Shown piece by piece: positions 62,241-64,000 of a stretch of 64,000 bases of DNA; within the stretch, counting starts at the first letter, position 1; each line of letters begins with the position of its first letter. The notes under the pieces are model-generated. The model saw only the letters and a program-made list of their open reading frames with translations. It was not told the DNA's origin and searched no databases. The stretch comes from Escherichia phage V18. Location of the stretch: sequence record NC_041937.1, one strand, 5' to 3'. Both the position numbers and the translations under genes were made by a program.

Positions 62241-63481
62241 TACGCCTCCTCGTAAAGAATGTCGATAGTGTTACCGTCACGATCAACTACATATTCAATA
62301 GGGTCTCCATCTTTGCGTGCTTCCGGAGCTACCACAATCTCATAGCGGCATGCACGGCACTTAGCGCTATTGTGTTGGTATGGCACACTAACCACATCTG
62401 CAGGGTCAACCATAACAGTCATTACAGTGCCGTAGCTCTTTGCATACTCTTTGCTGGCGCAGTGTAGGCCATAGGAGCACGCAGCTTCAGGATCATCCTC
62501 TACAAAGTTACGAGGCATGGATACAAAAGCACCTTGGTATTGTGGGACTTTACCACTGTGCCAATCCACCCACTTGCTGCCGTTAAACTGAACCCCTTTG
62601 TAGCAAATGATTCGACCATCTTCTGCAATCTGGATATCGTTGGCCTGCATAAAGTCGTAGAGCATGTTTACAGATTTTGCAGAAGGATTGCGTAGCAGGC
62701 GAACGAGGAATTTCACATAGCGGTCATCTAGTGTTCCGTCTGCATAATCTTTCTCAATTTTCTTTGCAATGGTGGATCGCATCTCTACACCGTAGTAGTA
62801 GAGCTTACCATCTTTCATAATCAGGTTGTCTGCAAGTGTGGTGAACTCATTCTTGCGTTCCAGCCAGACAAGGATTTCACCAATTGCCTCATCATATTCC
62901 TGAACAGAGATATGGTCGAAGACTTTCTGGTAAACTTCCTCACTTTCGCTGCGGCGAATTTCAAAAATGCCTTCGTTGCAGGTGATCTGGAGAAGTTCCC
63001 CGCAAATAACTACCAAAGGCTCGATGCTTCGAGTCTGTTGCTGAGACACACTGCTCACCACCTCCAGCACCGGATCTTTGACTTCTACTAAAGGTTCTTC
63101 TGACTTGATTGCTACTCCAGTTAACCCCACACCGTGAACAACACACAGTGGGTATACCACGCCCCAACGTTTAACGGAACCTTCGCCTAAATCTAAGATC
63201 ATGGCGTACTTACCGTTATCTTCCAGACCGTATCGAAATAAACGGGCCTCTTCGCGGGTTTCAAAATCCTCACGGGTGTAGCAGACGCTGTCACGGTCAG
63301 GATCGAACAACTCTGGGGCACCCACTGCCAGTGTCCAGGTTGTGTCGCCTTTCTCAATAGCACATGTGAAACCCTTCTTCTCAAGTTCTGCACGGCGGTC
63401 GCGTGCTTCTTTACGAGTTTTGAAGTGTTCGTAGATGAAAATCATAACTGTCTCCTTATTTGGTGTTATTCTTTGTATCAA
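62240..63481 (-). CDS. hypothetical 413-aa protein
   Basis: Long ORF, start overlaps the helicase stop; no motif I can assign with confidence. Confidence 0.45.
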   Translation of the reverse strand: MIQRITPNKETVMIFIYEHFKTRKEARDRRAELEKKGFTCAIEKGDTTWTLAVGAPELFDPDRDSVCYTREDFETREEARLFRYGLEDNGKYAMILDLGEGSVKRWGVVYPLCVVHGVGLTGVAIKSEEPLVEVKDPVLEVVSSVSQQQTRSIEPLVVICGELLQITCNEGIFEIRRSESEEVYQKVFDHISVQEYDEAIGEILVWLERKNEFTTLADNLIMKDGKLYYYGVEMRSTIAKKIEKDYADGTLDDRYVKFLVRLLRNPSAKSVNMLYDFMQANDIQIAEDGRIICYKGVQFNGSKWVDWHSGKVPQYQGAFVSMPRNFVEDDPEAACSYGLHCASKEYAKSYGTVMTVMVDPADVVSVPYQHNSAKCRACRYEIVVAPEARKDGDPIEYVVDRDGNTIDILYEEA

Positions 63482-63531
63482 TCAGCTCACGGTATTCAAT
63501 CATAGCAGGGGTGTCCCAATATTTCAAGCGA

Positions 63532-64000
63532 AAGCTAGATAAAAATGTACAATTGAGAGCATTTTTTTCGATGATTTCACACTCAGAAGGTACTGACAGG
63601 TATGGTGGCGAAGATGCTTCGTACCACATCCTTGTTGGTGGAAAATACATAGAGGATCTCAGCAGGCATCCCGGTATTTATGTCAAATTAAGACCGGGCC
63701 TTACCTCTTCAGCATTTGGCAGATACCAAATTCTGGAGAAATACGCTAAGCATTACATGAAGCAGCTTGGCTTAAGAGATTTTGGTCCGGCAAGTCAAGA
63801 TGCCATAGCAAAACAGTTGATCCGCGAATGTAAAGCCCTTGATGACATTTATGAAGGAAGGATCCGTTCAGCTATCTATAAATGCCGTAGCCGTTGGGCA
63901 AGTTTCCCACCACCACCGGGGGCTGGTAAACTGTATGATCAGCGTGTAGAAAACATAGAGAAGATGCTGGACGTCTTCCGAAAAGCCGGAGGCACAAGAC
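63532..64000 (+). CDS. second copy of the endolysin coding sequence (partial; runs off window end)
   Basis: 63532-63996 matches 144-608 by eye; lacks the ATG (CGA at 63529-63531); in-frame GTG at 63511 or TTG at 63460 upstream; diverges at 63997-63998. Confidence 0.45.

Noticed and set aside
1-64000. Whole window as a circular 63.4-kb genome with a wrap-around overlap
   Set aside because: The sequence immediately upstream of the two endolysin copies differs (ATG at 141-143 vs CGA at 63529-63531, with unrelated flanks), the copies differ at 609-610 vs 63997-63998, and no structural genes are present.
1-64000. Integrase, transposase or attachment-site repeats indicating an integrated prophage boundary
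   Set aside because: No tyrosine or serine recombinase or transposase motifs recognised in any ORF; the only long direct repeat is the endolysin duplication.

Overview
The window reads as phage-derived DNA: a replication, nucleotide-metabolism and early-gene region with no capsid, portal, terminase, tail or integrase genes recognisable. It has two divergent arms. The plus-strand arm (1-31010) carries a lambda R-like endolysin, nucleases (HNH, flap endonuclease, RuvC-like, endonuclease VII-like, DEDD exonuclease), two adenine methyltransferases, a kinase and HAD phosphatase, thyX, nrdA, nrdB, a glutaredoxin, nrdD, nrdG, phoH, a ClpP-like protease, and then about 10 kb of densely packed small acidic genes in paralogous families. 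The minus-strand arm (33371-63481) carries about 14 kb of small early-type genes, then SSB, family A DNA polymerase, a TOPRIM/DnaB-type primase-helicase, two more methyltransferase-like genes, a Dda/RecD-like helicase and a 413-aa unknown protein. Between the arms lies a 2.3 kb non-coding region with repeat families and an iteron-like locus; a second 1 kb non-coding repeat island sits at 42.96-43.95 kb. About 465 bp of the endolysin gene is duplicated at the window end (144-608 vs 63532-63996). Several conserved genes are broken by frameshifts, which suggests either indel sequencing errors or real pseudogenes. All calls are from reading the sequence and ORF translations; no database search was run.
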